DNA of 64,000 nucleotides. Source: Eledone cirrhosa (taxonomy: Eukaryota). The translations under genes were made by a program, and so were the position numbers. The stretch lies in assembly GCA_964016885.1 (NCBI GenBank), contig OZ024742.1, forward strand, positions 254,634,001 to 254,698,000. Direction: 5' to 3'. Under the pieces are notes generated by a model. That model was not told where the DNA came from and did not search any database. It worked only from the letters and a program-made list of their open reading frames with translations. Shown here piece by piece: positions 38,872-50,163 of this stretch; position 1 is the first letter of the stretch; each line of letters opens with the position of its first letter.

Positions 38872-39810
38872 ATTCCACCTCGAAGACTTATAAGGGACTA
38901 GTGGAGGGAAAGAAGAACGACGTTCTCAGGGAAACCATGGGTGTCGAAGATGATCAGCTGTTCGCTCTCTTGGAGAGAACTTCAGCCCAGGGCCTATGGA
39001 TAACTTCCAGAAATCGCTGGCTTGGCAGTATTACTGGGAAGCATTGTCAGTTTGAGATAAGCTCTACAGGCATGGAAGTGCCGTCAGCCAAGCCGGTCAG
39101 AGATGCGTGCAGGGCAACGAAACAATTGTGCATGCACTCGTTTAGTGCTCGAGCATTGCTGACTTGTGAGGCTATGTCAAACAGTTGCTGTTGCATGTAG
39201 GATGGATCCAGTTATCGACTGAGTCCATTGTGCAGATAGCCTCACCGTCCTCCTTTGAGGAGGAGGAAAGGCAGGCACTTTTCATCTGCCTGGTGGCCAT
39301 GGCAAAAGAGATTGTGTGGCGGACAAGGTTAAAAGGGTTGAAGAAGAATGCTTTGCTCTCCAGCGAATCCCTGATTAACTTTTTTCAAGTTTCACTTGAA
39401 GAGGAAAATGAGGGTAGAGAGGCAAGTGGTGTCTTCTAATAAGTTTGTTGATGGGTTGGGGAAAGTGACAATTCTGGGCCAAGTGAATGGGCCAGCTCAG
39501 ATTATGTGCCCGTAGACTGAGGAGTGGGAGACTGAGAGAGGGCGCTGGCCCTGGTGGTCGGGGTGGCCATGGTCTTTTGTGTGGTTTTCACCACGAGTGA
39601 CCCTCTGAGCCCCCCCCCCCCCCCCCCCCATTGGAGCATTTTTGTTATTTGATTTTTAAAATTTGTTTTTACACATTTCTGTGTTTATTTTTGTTATAAC
39701 CTTTTTTACATGACCAAAACCCAATTTGTATCATCCTGTACCGCTCTGTGCCGTCTCTAATGTTTTTCTTCATGTTAGCCCTTGTGGCCAATAAAGAAAC
39801 AATTATTATT
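38872..39810 (+). mobile_element. 5'-truncated L1/Tx1-clade LINE 3' fragment with (ATT)n tail
   Basis: Homologous to 42315-43210; ends ccttgtggccaataaagaaacaattattatt. Confidence 0.8.
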
Positions 39811-39814
39811 GTTG

Positions 39815-42800
39815 TTGGAGAAGTCTGGATCTCGAGATACGGGCCGTCTTCTTGGATCCAGAGGGTAAGTTGCTGGTACTAGATGTGACCAGCGGAGAAG
39901 GACACGCTTTCAGGCTAGTGGCCGTCTATGCCCCAACAGGAGCAGGAGGCCTGAATTCTTCCGGCGTCTGGAGACCTTTCTTGGAACGTCCCGCTCTCTA
40001 GTGTTAGTGGGCGACTGGAACGGGATCTTAGATGCATGCTGGGATTGTGTGGGATTAGCGGATAGGGGAGGAGGATGTAAAAGCCTCACAAACCTGCTCA
40101 GACGGTTTCAACTGCCTGATAGGTACTGTCTGGATTTCCCGAATGTGCCAATGTAGACATGAACAAACCGCATCGGGTCATCCAGATCATATCTAGATAG
40201 CGTATTTTGTAGGGAAATAGATAGGTCTAGCATAGGCTGTCCACATTTCAAAATAGTCCGCTACACAGACCACAAATTAGACCACAAATTCGTGATCTGT
40301 GAGGTTGACTTACATAGGCTTCATAGACAGTGACCCGGCTACTGGAAGCTAAATGCGTCATTAACAGTACGCAAGGCCTACAGAGACCGGATTAGCGAAC
40401 TAGTTAACCGGGCGTTGGCGGGGGCCATCGTCAACAACAAATGGTTGTTTGCTCTGAAAAGAGTGATTAGAATAGATCCATTAGGTTTAGTAAGGCTTCA
40501 GCAATAGAGAAAAATAGAGCAGAGAGAGAACTAGTTAGAAAATTAGACGAGTCGCTTAGCAAAGGCATCGCGACCGACGTACTTGCGGCGAAATTGGCCC
40601 TTGACCAATTCTTCAATGCAAAGCACGAAGGCTGCATTGTCAGAGCTAGGGTGCATGCTCCCAGACACGAGGGGACCAAAGCCGTTCAATGGGCCCGAGT
40701 GGCGGAGGCGCGGCGTATTAACAAAGCAACGATCCGGTCTTTGGTGGACCACGACGGGCGCATGCTACTCGATCCCGGGCAAATGTGTAAAGCTTTTCAG
40801 CGACACTTTGCTCAGCTGTTTGGGGGCAGCGGTGGGCCGGATCGAGGGATGGACTTTAGTGTCTACTTCGACGGACTGCCGCGGCTCTCAGCCACTGAGG
40901 CGGAGTGTTGCAAAAAGCCGATAACAGCCGCTGAACTACGGGAAGCAATGACTGGCTGCACAAGGGGTAAATCGCCTGGTTTGGATGGTCTGCCCAATGA
41001 ACTGTACATACACATGTCAGACTTGTTAGGAGGTCTCTTGGTGGATGTCTACTGCAACTGCAACAGAATGGAAGAATTCCCAGCTCTGTGAGCCAAGGAG
41101 CAGTGGCACTGCTGAGAAAGGATCTGAACAAGGGGGATAACAAAGATAATTTCAGATCCATGACTCTACTAAAAACACAGAGTTTAAAATTTTGGCCAAG
41201 GTGCTAGAAAAGAGATTGGCGCTTGTCGTTGGAGGTCTGGTGGGAGAGGCGCAGACATGCGCCATTAGAGACAGTTCCATCCACGACAACCTCCACCTCA
41301 TGCGTTACCTTGTGGAGAAGGTAGCTAGGGAACCTGGCACGGGTGGGTCCTTGATCAATTTAGATCAGTCGAAAGCTTTCGATAGGGTTGACCATCATTA
41401 TCTGGTGGCAGTCCTGAGGGCGGCTGGCTTTGGGCTCGTCTTCAGAGGCTGGATCGCTGCCATGCACAGCAACATCTGCTCTGTGGTGAGAGTGAACGGT
41501 TCAACATCATGCGCTCGGTCCGCCAATGATGTCCCCTCTCGTCCCTCTTGAACATATTGACTCTCGAGCCATTACGGCACAAACTGGAGACGTTAAAGGG
41601 GATCCCGCGTGAACTAGGATGCAGAAGATCCGTGTCAGCATATGCAGACAATGTCACCGTAGTGGTGTCAAACGCAAAACACATCGAGGCGATCGGCACT
41701 ACACTAAGAGAATACGAGACGGTGACAGGAGCAATGATCAACCAGGAAAAGTCGGTGGGCCTGCAACTCGGCACCTGGAGAGGCAGGTCCATGCCATCCA
41801 ACAGTATCGTCGGGTGCTGGACGGACCGGTTAAATTGCTAGGGGCGTGGTTTGGTCCGGACTTCCAGACGGACAAAAACTGGGACAAGGTGATGAGCTGG
41901 GTGGCTTCTCTCACCCAGAAATGGACAGAGATGAAGCTATCTCTGAAAGGTCAACCATCGTGCTTTGTCCTAAGCCTCGTTTGACTGCGCTGGAGCGTTT
42001 GCTCTTTCGCTTTTTGTGGAGGGGACGTGCTCCGATGGTCAAACAGTCCATCTGCTGTCAACACCCGCTACGTGGAGGGCTGGGCATGCCGTGTCTGATA
42101 ATGCGCAGACATGTGCTCAGGCTAAGACATCTCCACCACTTCCTCGACGGTGATCAGGTGTGGTCGCCGTTTGCTAGACGCGTCTTTCTCCAGGTTGTCT
42201 CCTTGACGGTGCTGCAGTCCTGGGTCAAGCGGAGAACGAGAGGGAGCGCTTGGAGACTGGAATTTCTTCAGGCGCTCATAGCCCTCAACCAGTCGGGCAA
42301 TGTAATCGGTGGAAACTCCACCTTGTCGTTCTATAGAGGATTAGTGGAGGGGAAGAGCGACGACGTACTTGGGAAAACTGTAGGCATCGACGAAAATCAA
42401 CTAGCCTATCTCTTTGGAAGGAATTTTGGGCCGGGGCCTATGGACAACATCCAGAAATCCCTGGCCTGGCAGTGCTACCGAGGAGCTTTGCCAGTTCGGG
42501 ATAAACTCTACAGGCATGGAGGTGCCATCAGTCGGGCATGTTCGAGATGCACGCAGGGCGACGGAACCATTCTGCATGCACTCGTCCAGTGTCCGAGCAT
42601 TGCTGACTTGCGGGTTTATGTCGAACACCTGCTGTCGTGTGTAGGACAGATCCAACTATCAGCTGAGTCCATCGTGAGGATTACCCCGCCCTCTTCCTTT
42701 AGCCGGGAAGGGCAGGCAGTTTTTATCTGTCTCGTAGCCATGGCGAATGAGCTAGTATGGTGGATGCATATGAAAGGGCTGAAGACGAGCACTTACCTCT

Positions 42801-43215
42801 TCGGTGAAGCCCTGATTAGCTTTTTCAAATTTCATTTGAAAAGAAAATCAGGGTAGAGAGGGAAGTGCTCTCTTCCCAGCATTTTGTTGAAAGGTGGGTG
42901 ACAGAGGCAAGAATGGCCCGAGTGAATGGACCTACTCTGACTAGGTGCCTGTAAATTGAAGGTGGAAAACTGGGAGAGGGCACTTTACCTGGTGGTCAGG
43001 GTCACCGTGACTTTTTTAATGGGTTTCTCTACTAGGGCCCTCGGAAGTCTCACCCCTATTGGGGAATTTTTCCCTGTTCTTTTTTTGTTACATCCTCTGT
43101 TTTTGTTTTTTTTACACGCAGAAATGCCCATTTGTATCGTCCTGTATTGTCCTGTACTGTCCTTAATGTCTACTTTGTGTAAACCCTTGTGGTTAATAAA
43201 GAAAGCAATATTATT
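39815..43215 (+). mobile_element. L1/Tx1-clade LINE ORF2 pseudogene (APE endonuclease, RT, zinc knuckle) with 3' UTR
   Basis: DPEGKLLVLD, VAVYAPT, VGDWN, TDHK, GYWKLNASL, KSPGLDGLP, LDQSKAFDRVDH, SAYADNV, CSRC...HALVQC; multiple frameshifts and stops. Confidence 0.9.
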
Positions 43216-44586
43216 AAAGATGAAAGTCAACCTCAGTTCAAATCCCGCTGAGGTTGACTTTGCCTTTCATCTTTACGGGGTCGATAAAATAAAGTACCAG
43301 TAATGCACTGGGTAATTGATGGCCTTGTGCCTAAAGTAGAAACAATTATTATTATTATTGTTGTTGTTGTCGTTGTTTTTGTTGTTGTTGTTATTATTAT
43401 TAATGGAACATTTATCATTGCAAATCTTCATGCAAGAACGAATGTTATCGTTTATTTTCTCTTTATTTTCCCCAACGCCAACGCCATAATTCTTTTTATT
43501 TGTTAATCTCTTTTTCTCCTCTTTTCCTGAACCTTTTCATTTATTTATTTATTTTATTCTTTTTTTTTTTTGTCACAGCAAAATCTTAATATTCTTTGCA
43601 ATATCAGCTTCAACAATCAGACGCCAGAACAGCTATGGACATCAACTATAAAATAATCGCTGGTGTGGACAGAAAAACAACAAAACAAAAATAAATTGCA
43701 AACAAAACAACATTAAAAATTAAACATAATATAAAAGAAATCCAAATTTTTAAACCAAAACCACAGAGAAAAACGTTTTATAGGAAATATCGATGAAGGT
43801 GAGAATCTTCTGCATATTTTAACAGATAAACTTCACATTTCATGCCTTACTGACTACACTAATCAACATCGGAGATGGAATTACCGTTTTCTCAATGAGG
43901 TTTTGAACAATCATTTCAAATCTGTTTTCAGGGTTTTATTTCTTTTTCTTTAGTACTACTAGGTTTAAAACATGACAACTTATATTCTTCTCAAATTATT
44001 CTATATATTTAATCTTTTGTTAATGAAAGACACTGCCTATGATTTTCAAATAATTTTGAAATTAATAAAGAATTTAAAGAGATTTATTAATATAACTAAC
44101 CTTTCCATTTTTAATCCAATGTTCAGATCATAACTTAACAAAGATTCCAACGTAAAATTTTTATGGGAAACTTTTAGATAACTGTGAACAAATTAAGATA
44201 AATTGTTTCATATAGAAAAAGAGGCAGTTTCAGTTGATTAAAATGAAATACCCAGCATATAATAAGTTTAAAATTGATTTCAGCTATATTTTTAATTTAA
44301 ATATGTAAATAAAACATATATATATAATACACTCATATATATAATATATATAGTAATAATAATAAATGTGAAGACTAAAATCCGAAGAGAGCTCAATAAG
44401 GTTATTATATATATAAATATATATTTTAAAAAACCGTAAAGCAAATATTTATTAAAATAACAGATTAAAGTTTAAGCAAAGAATCGCTGCTATCACCTTA
44501 ATAGGATCTTCTGAAACTATACTATATATATAAACAAGAAGTGTAACTCAACAGGTTAAAATTAACTTCGTTTATTCATATTTGGT

Positions 44587-44642
44587 GCATTATATATTTC
44601 GGTGATAACCATTATTCAACAACTATGACCTCATCAGACAGC
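44587..44642 (-). ncRNA. Minimal hammerhead motif
   Basis: gctgt-CTGATGA-GGT c ATAGTTGTT gaat AATGGTTAT c ACC-GAAA TATA TA-atgc. Stem III is the palindrome ATATAT; stem I is weak. Confidence 0.6.
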
Positions 44643-44868
44643 TAGAACTTGAACAGAAAAAAACTCAAAACTTAATGATGTAACAAAGTTTACCTCTGTT
44701 ATTTTGGTCCGTTGATATGCCCAGTTCCGAAGTGTGGTGTTGTTTTCTCGAAGAAGATGATATATATATATATATATACACACACCCATATATATATACA
44801 TGCATGCATACACATATACACATGCACACACATACACAATTATATACACTCACATATATGAATATATT

Positions 44869-44902
<34 letters not shown>

Positions 44903-45747
44903 CAAAATCATTAGCTCAGTGAACCAAAAAATTACCCACCATACAACTGTCTAAATCAGGACTTCCCAAAATATGGGTTTTAAACTACCAGGGGTTCACA
45001 TAAATATTTGGGGTGGTGTGGAATGTCACAATTCTCTATTTTTAAATAATATTAATATTGACTCACAGTTTGAGTTATTGTGTACAAATAAACAATCTTA
45101 ACCATCTTATTTTTTTGCATATAAAATATCGGCTTGAGATACTCATTTGTATACAAGTTTTTAGCCTATTCTCGTTTCAGTACTGGCATTCTCACTGGTT
45201 AGTGATAAAGATGTGATATGGTCACAGCTTAAAATATAGCAAGATTCTAAACGTCTAACGTCTGTCTTGCTCTTCACTTTGGTGTTTTTCCCAGTTTCTG
45301 TTCTTTCAAACAAGACTACCCACTGCACAGGTTGCCAGTCTATCACAGTGTTAAAGCCCCAGTTACTGCTGGTACTCATTTTCAGGTGTGTATACAGGAA
45401 CAACATAAAATGAAATGTTTAACTCAAAAACAAAACACATACATCAGCTCAGGAATCAAATTCATGACATTATGATCGTAAGCCCAATACCCTTACCACT
45501 ATAGTATGTGAGATTCTTTATGTATATTATACAGAAACATAATGTATATTCCTTCTACTACTGCTAGCTAATATGTAGTATGTGCTTAGCTACTAGCTAG
45601 GACCATTTTTATACAATATTTTTATCAATTGTCTTTACAGCATGAGCGAGGGGTTATCAAAAGAACTTTAAACAGATCATTATCACCATCAAAACAAACT
45701 GTTGTTTAGAAGGAATTTGTAGTTTACTTCAAGCATTCTGTATGGTA

Positions 45748-46075
45748 TAAAGAAATCAAAGTTCAAAAGCCTCGACAATGCGCATTGGATGGAAAATAAT
45801 TAAGCCGTAAGAAATGGGGTGTGTTTTTTTACCTTAATTTATTCTTATGTCCTGATATTTTGAGATTAATATCTCTTCTTCCGAGGAAAATAAAGGAACT
45901 ATTCCAGTGTCCGATGTGGCTTGCTAATACTGGACACTGGAACAACTCCTTTATTTTCCTCAGAAGAAGAGATATTATTCTTGAAATTAAGGTAAAAATA
46001 CATAGCATGTTTCTTTGACTTAATTATTTTCAGTCCAATTCACAGTGTCGTCGCTTTCAAACTTCAAATTCTTTA
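45748..46075. mobile_element. Diverged fold-back element with degenerate hammerhead-like motifs in both arms
   Basis: Arms mirror around ~45920. Motif TTCCT-C(G/A)GAAGA-a-GAGAT atta ATCTC-(G/A)AAA TA TC-AGGA. Confidence 0.65.
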
Positions 46076-46846
46076 ATTTGTTGTTTATTTTCCATGGTTG
46101 CATGTGCTAGATTAGTTGTCACATTCTGAGGTTAGATTAGTTAAGTGACCATGTCTTGTTCATATATTCCAATTTTGCTGTGGTTTTTACCGCTTGATGT
46201 CCTTCCTAATACCAACCACTTTACAGCATGTACCGGCAGCATTTTATTATATCACAAACAATGTTACCTTACAGTATTTGTTGGATGCATTTTATTGTAG
46301 CACTAACATTGCCACAATACAGAGCGGGCTGGGTGTATAGCATTATGACACCAATGGAAACATTTTAAGAGGCAATGGTATAAATGATACTCAAAATAGT
46401 AAATAAAGAATCAAACAAGCATGAGGTGTATAGATTTAGATATACTTAAAAGGTTCAGAACAGCTTTCTAAATCTACTTCTATCACAGATATTTAATATT
46501 AAATATTAAATCCATGCTTTGTAGTAGTGCTTGAACTTTTCGATGGCAAATTCTCACAACACCTCCCCACAATAAATCAGAGCTTTTGGATTAGTAAATA
46601 AATCAATAATTCTTTATATTTCTGTTAATATCGATCCTATATTATTGATTTAATCTGAAAGTGATTTGTTTCATTAATATTTAATAAATCATCAGGGATT
46701 GTCCATATATTTGTTATACAGATTTTTTTTTTTGTGGGAAGAGGTCCAATTACTTTTTGCAGGAAATAGGATATAGAAAAAAATTTTTTTAATTCTAACA
46801 TGACTCAATATGAATACACAAAGTATATAAAAATTGATCACTTGAC

Positions 46847-46917
<71 letters not shown>

Positions 46918-46963
46918 TCTCTGCATATATATATATATATATATGAGGCTTCCAAAACGACCA

Positions 46964-47026
<63 letters not shown>

Positions 47027-47324
47027 TATGTTTATATATATACTAATGTATGTGTGTGAAGTGACTTTGCTGAAACTTCAAATTTACTGCCACTTTTCTA
47101 CTTAGAAAATAAAATATGGACTCTGCATATACATATTGAGTGCTCATTTAGTTAGTTTGAATATTTTAATTATTATGGCATTTTAGAGCCATACTAATTT
47201 ATACATATATGATTAAGAAGTAGCACTTACAGGACGGATACTGTTCCAATCAATGGTGAAACCATCAAAAACCTTTTTGATGGTTTCCCAATGCCAGTAA
47301 ATACAAGAGAGAAAATAATAATAA

Positions 47325-47525
47325 TAATAATAATAATAATAATTGTTTCTACTTTAGGCACAAGGCCAGCAATTACCAGTGCATTACTGGTACTTTATTT
47401 TATCAACTCCGTAAGGTTGAAAGGTAAAGCCAGCCTCGGCGGGATTTGAACTCAGATCGTAAAGGGACGTAACTATGCTGGAAAGCATGGTGTCTGACCC
47501 TCCACCGATACTGCCAATCCACAAT
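47325..47525 (-). mobile_element. tRNA-derived SINE with (ATT)n tail (copies 43233-43400, 47695-47890, 54520-54670, 59362-59545, head at 63975-64000)
   Basis: Head tggcagtatcgg, B box gagttcaaatcc, central gcctttcatccttacggggtcgataaaat, 3' ccttgtgcctaaagtagaaacaattattatt. Confidence 0.8.
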
Positions 47526-49063
47526 AATGCTTTCTGATTTAGGCACAGGGCTAACAATTTGAAGGGAAGGGGATAGCCGATTAAATTGGCCTCAGTGCCT
47601 TACTGTAGGGATTTAAATAAGAATGGAAAGAGATGTAACTATATACCACAAAGCATGTTTTCCCACACTACTAATACTGTGAATCCACTGCCCTAATAAT
47701 GGATTCTGATTTAGGCACAAGACCAGCAATTTTGTGGGGAGGGGAAAGTCGATTAAATCAACCCCAATATGTGACTGGTACTTCATTTTATTGACCTCGT
47801 AAGGATGAAAGGCAAAGCTAACCTTGGCAGGATTTGAACTACATACTGCAGAGCATGTTGCCCAATGCTCTACAGATACTGCCAATCCCCTGCCCTAATA
47901 ATAATAACAATTATAATATTGATAATAATAATAATTTATTTATTTGGCCTCAAGGACCCAGGACATTGGGGACAATACAAGGACAAAGACAAGACAACAC
48001 AAAGCGACGTTTCCATCTAGTAAAGAAAAGAGGACATCAATGAAATGAAAACAATAGAAATAACAATAATAGAAATTGTAATTAATATACATAACAATAG
48101 AAACGTTTCTTTATTGCCCACACAGGGCTAACATTAAGAAAATATTAAATATGGCACAGGATGAATTAGTTTGTTTTGGTGTGTAAAAAGCTTATATCAA
48201 AATCTTAATATTTGGAAGCATCATGAATTAAATGACCAGCCCTGATCATGAAGGACAAAGAGAAAGGGTCTCAGGTCAAAAACTATAGACCAATAACTTG
48301 TCTCCAATAACTTGTTTCTATGGAAACTTAACAAGTATGGTTGCAGAAAGTATCTATGATCACCTAGATAATAAACTATGGTCCCTAATGAATAGAAAGG
48401 GTGTTGGAGAAATTCTTATGTATATATTATGTGTGTTTGCGTATATATACATTTAGAGAGAGAGAGAGGGTATATATAAAAGTATATATGTTATGTTTAT
48501 GTATAATTGTTTCTTTCTTTATTTATTTCAATGATTTTTTAAATATATTTATGTAAAATAAATATATATGAATCTTGTTATGAATGTTTTAAGTGTGATC
48601 ATGATACAGCTATTTCAATAGTTATCTGAGAGCACCAGGCACTACTGTTTCACAAAATTTTATATTCATCATCAGTGACATTCACTCAGAATTGAGATAA
48701 AAATAACTTTTAAACTTTTATGCTTTACATGCAAAAACATCTGATCAAAGCTCTTTTGTCACACATTCTCTGACCTTATCAATGGCTATTTGTTGTTCTT
48801 CTCACTTACTCTTCTTTCAAGACAAGATAGAGTAAACACAATAAGACCTGAAAGAAGAGAAGGCACAGAGAAAAAGTAGTCATTGAGGAAGTCACAGCAT
48901 GTGAAATAATAAATAAATAATAAGTAATAATAATAAAGCTTAAGTGAAAGTCAAATAGTGCATGTGTTTTTATTGTCAAAATTGGCAACACGACAAACTC
49001 CAAACATAACAATATTTGTTTTAACACATGAATCTACATCAAGAATCTTGCAACACAAATATA

Positions 49064-49101
<38 letters not shown>

Positions 49102-49106
<5 letters not shown>

Positions 49107-50163
49107 GTCAAGTAAAAATATTTTCGAAACAGAGAGCGAGTTTGAAATTATAAATGTAAGCTATCGCCGTATTTTGACTAAAGAAATTAAAGAAAATTAT
49201 TTAGCTTGATAGTGGGGTTAAGAATCTTCGGGGAAATGGAAAAAGATGAGTATTGATTTACATGGGAGTTGAACCCACATCTTTGGTTATCCAGACCACT
49301 GTGCTACCATTACACCAACACATCACCTGTCTTTTACCATTCGAATTAAAAGCTATAATCTTAGCAACTGTAAATGTCAAATAAGAATATTTTCGAAACA
49401 GCGAGCGAGTTTGAAATTATAAATGTAAGCTATCGCCGTATTTTGACTAAAGAAATTAAAGAAAATTATTTAGCTTGATAGTGGGGTTAAGAATCTTCTG
49501 GGAAATGGAAAAAGATGAGTATTGATTTACATGGGAGTCGAACCCACATCTTTGGTTATCCAGACCACTGTGCTACCATTACACCAACACATCACCTGTC
49601 TTTTACCATTCGAATTAAAAGCTATAATCTTAGCAACTGTAAATGTCAAATAAGAATATTTTCGAAACAGCGAGCGAGATTGAAATTATAAATGTAAGCT
49701 ATCGCCGTATTTTGACTAAAGAAATTAAAGAAAATTATTTAGCCTGATAGGGGGTTAAGAATCTTCGGAGAAATTGAAAAAGATGATTATTGACGTACAT
49801 GCGAATCAAACCCACATCTTTGGATATCCACTATCAGGCTAATTAATTTTCTTTAATTTCTTTGGTCAAAATACAGCGATACCTTACATGTATAATTTCA
49901 AACTCGCTCGCTGTTTCGAAAATATTCTTACTTGACATTTACAGTTGCTAAGATTATAGCTTCTAATTCAAATGGACAAAGACGGGTGATGTGTTGGTGT
50001 AATGGTAGCACAGTGGTCTGGATAACCAAAGATGTGGGTTTGACTCCCATGTACGTCAATACTCATCTTTTTTCATTTCTCCGAGGGTTCTTAACCACAC
50101 TATCAGGCTAAATAATTTTCTTTAATTTCTTTAGTCAAAATACGGCGATAGCTTACATTTATA
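49102..50163. repeat. Tandem (269-bp x2.7) plus inverted array between (TA)n tracts, carrying a tRNA-like unit
   Basis: Unit starts at 49102, 49371 and 49640; orientation flips at ~49828 (tggatatcca). Confidence 0.9.
49988..50058 (+). tRNA. tRNA-like cloverleaf, anticodon position GGA, probably a pseudo-tRNA (minus copies 49254-49324, 49523-49593)
   Basis: Acceptor GATGTGT/GTACGTC, D arm GTGT-AATGGTA-GCAC, anticodon arm TGGT-CTGGATA-ACCA, T arm GTGGG-TT(C/T)GACT-CCCAT, T-run ~10 nt downstream. Confidence 0.6.

Noticed and set aside
49225-49245. Minus-strand C(C/A)GAAGA in the tRNA-like unit as a variant hammerhead core
   Set aside because: No stem II or GAAA follows.
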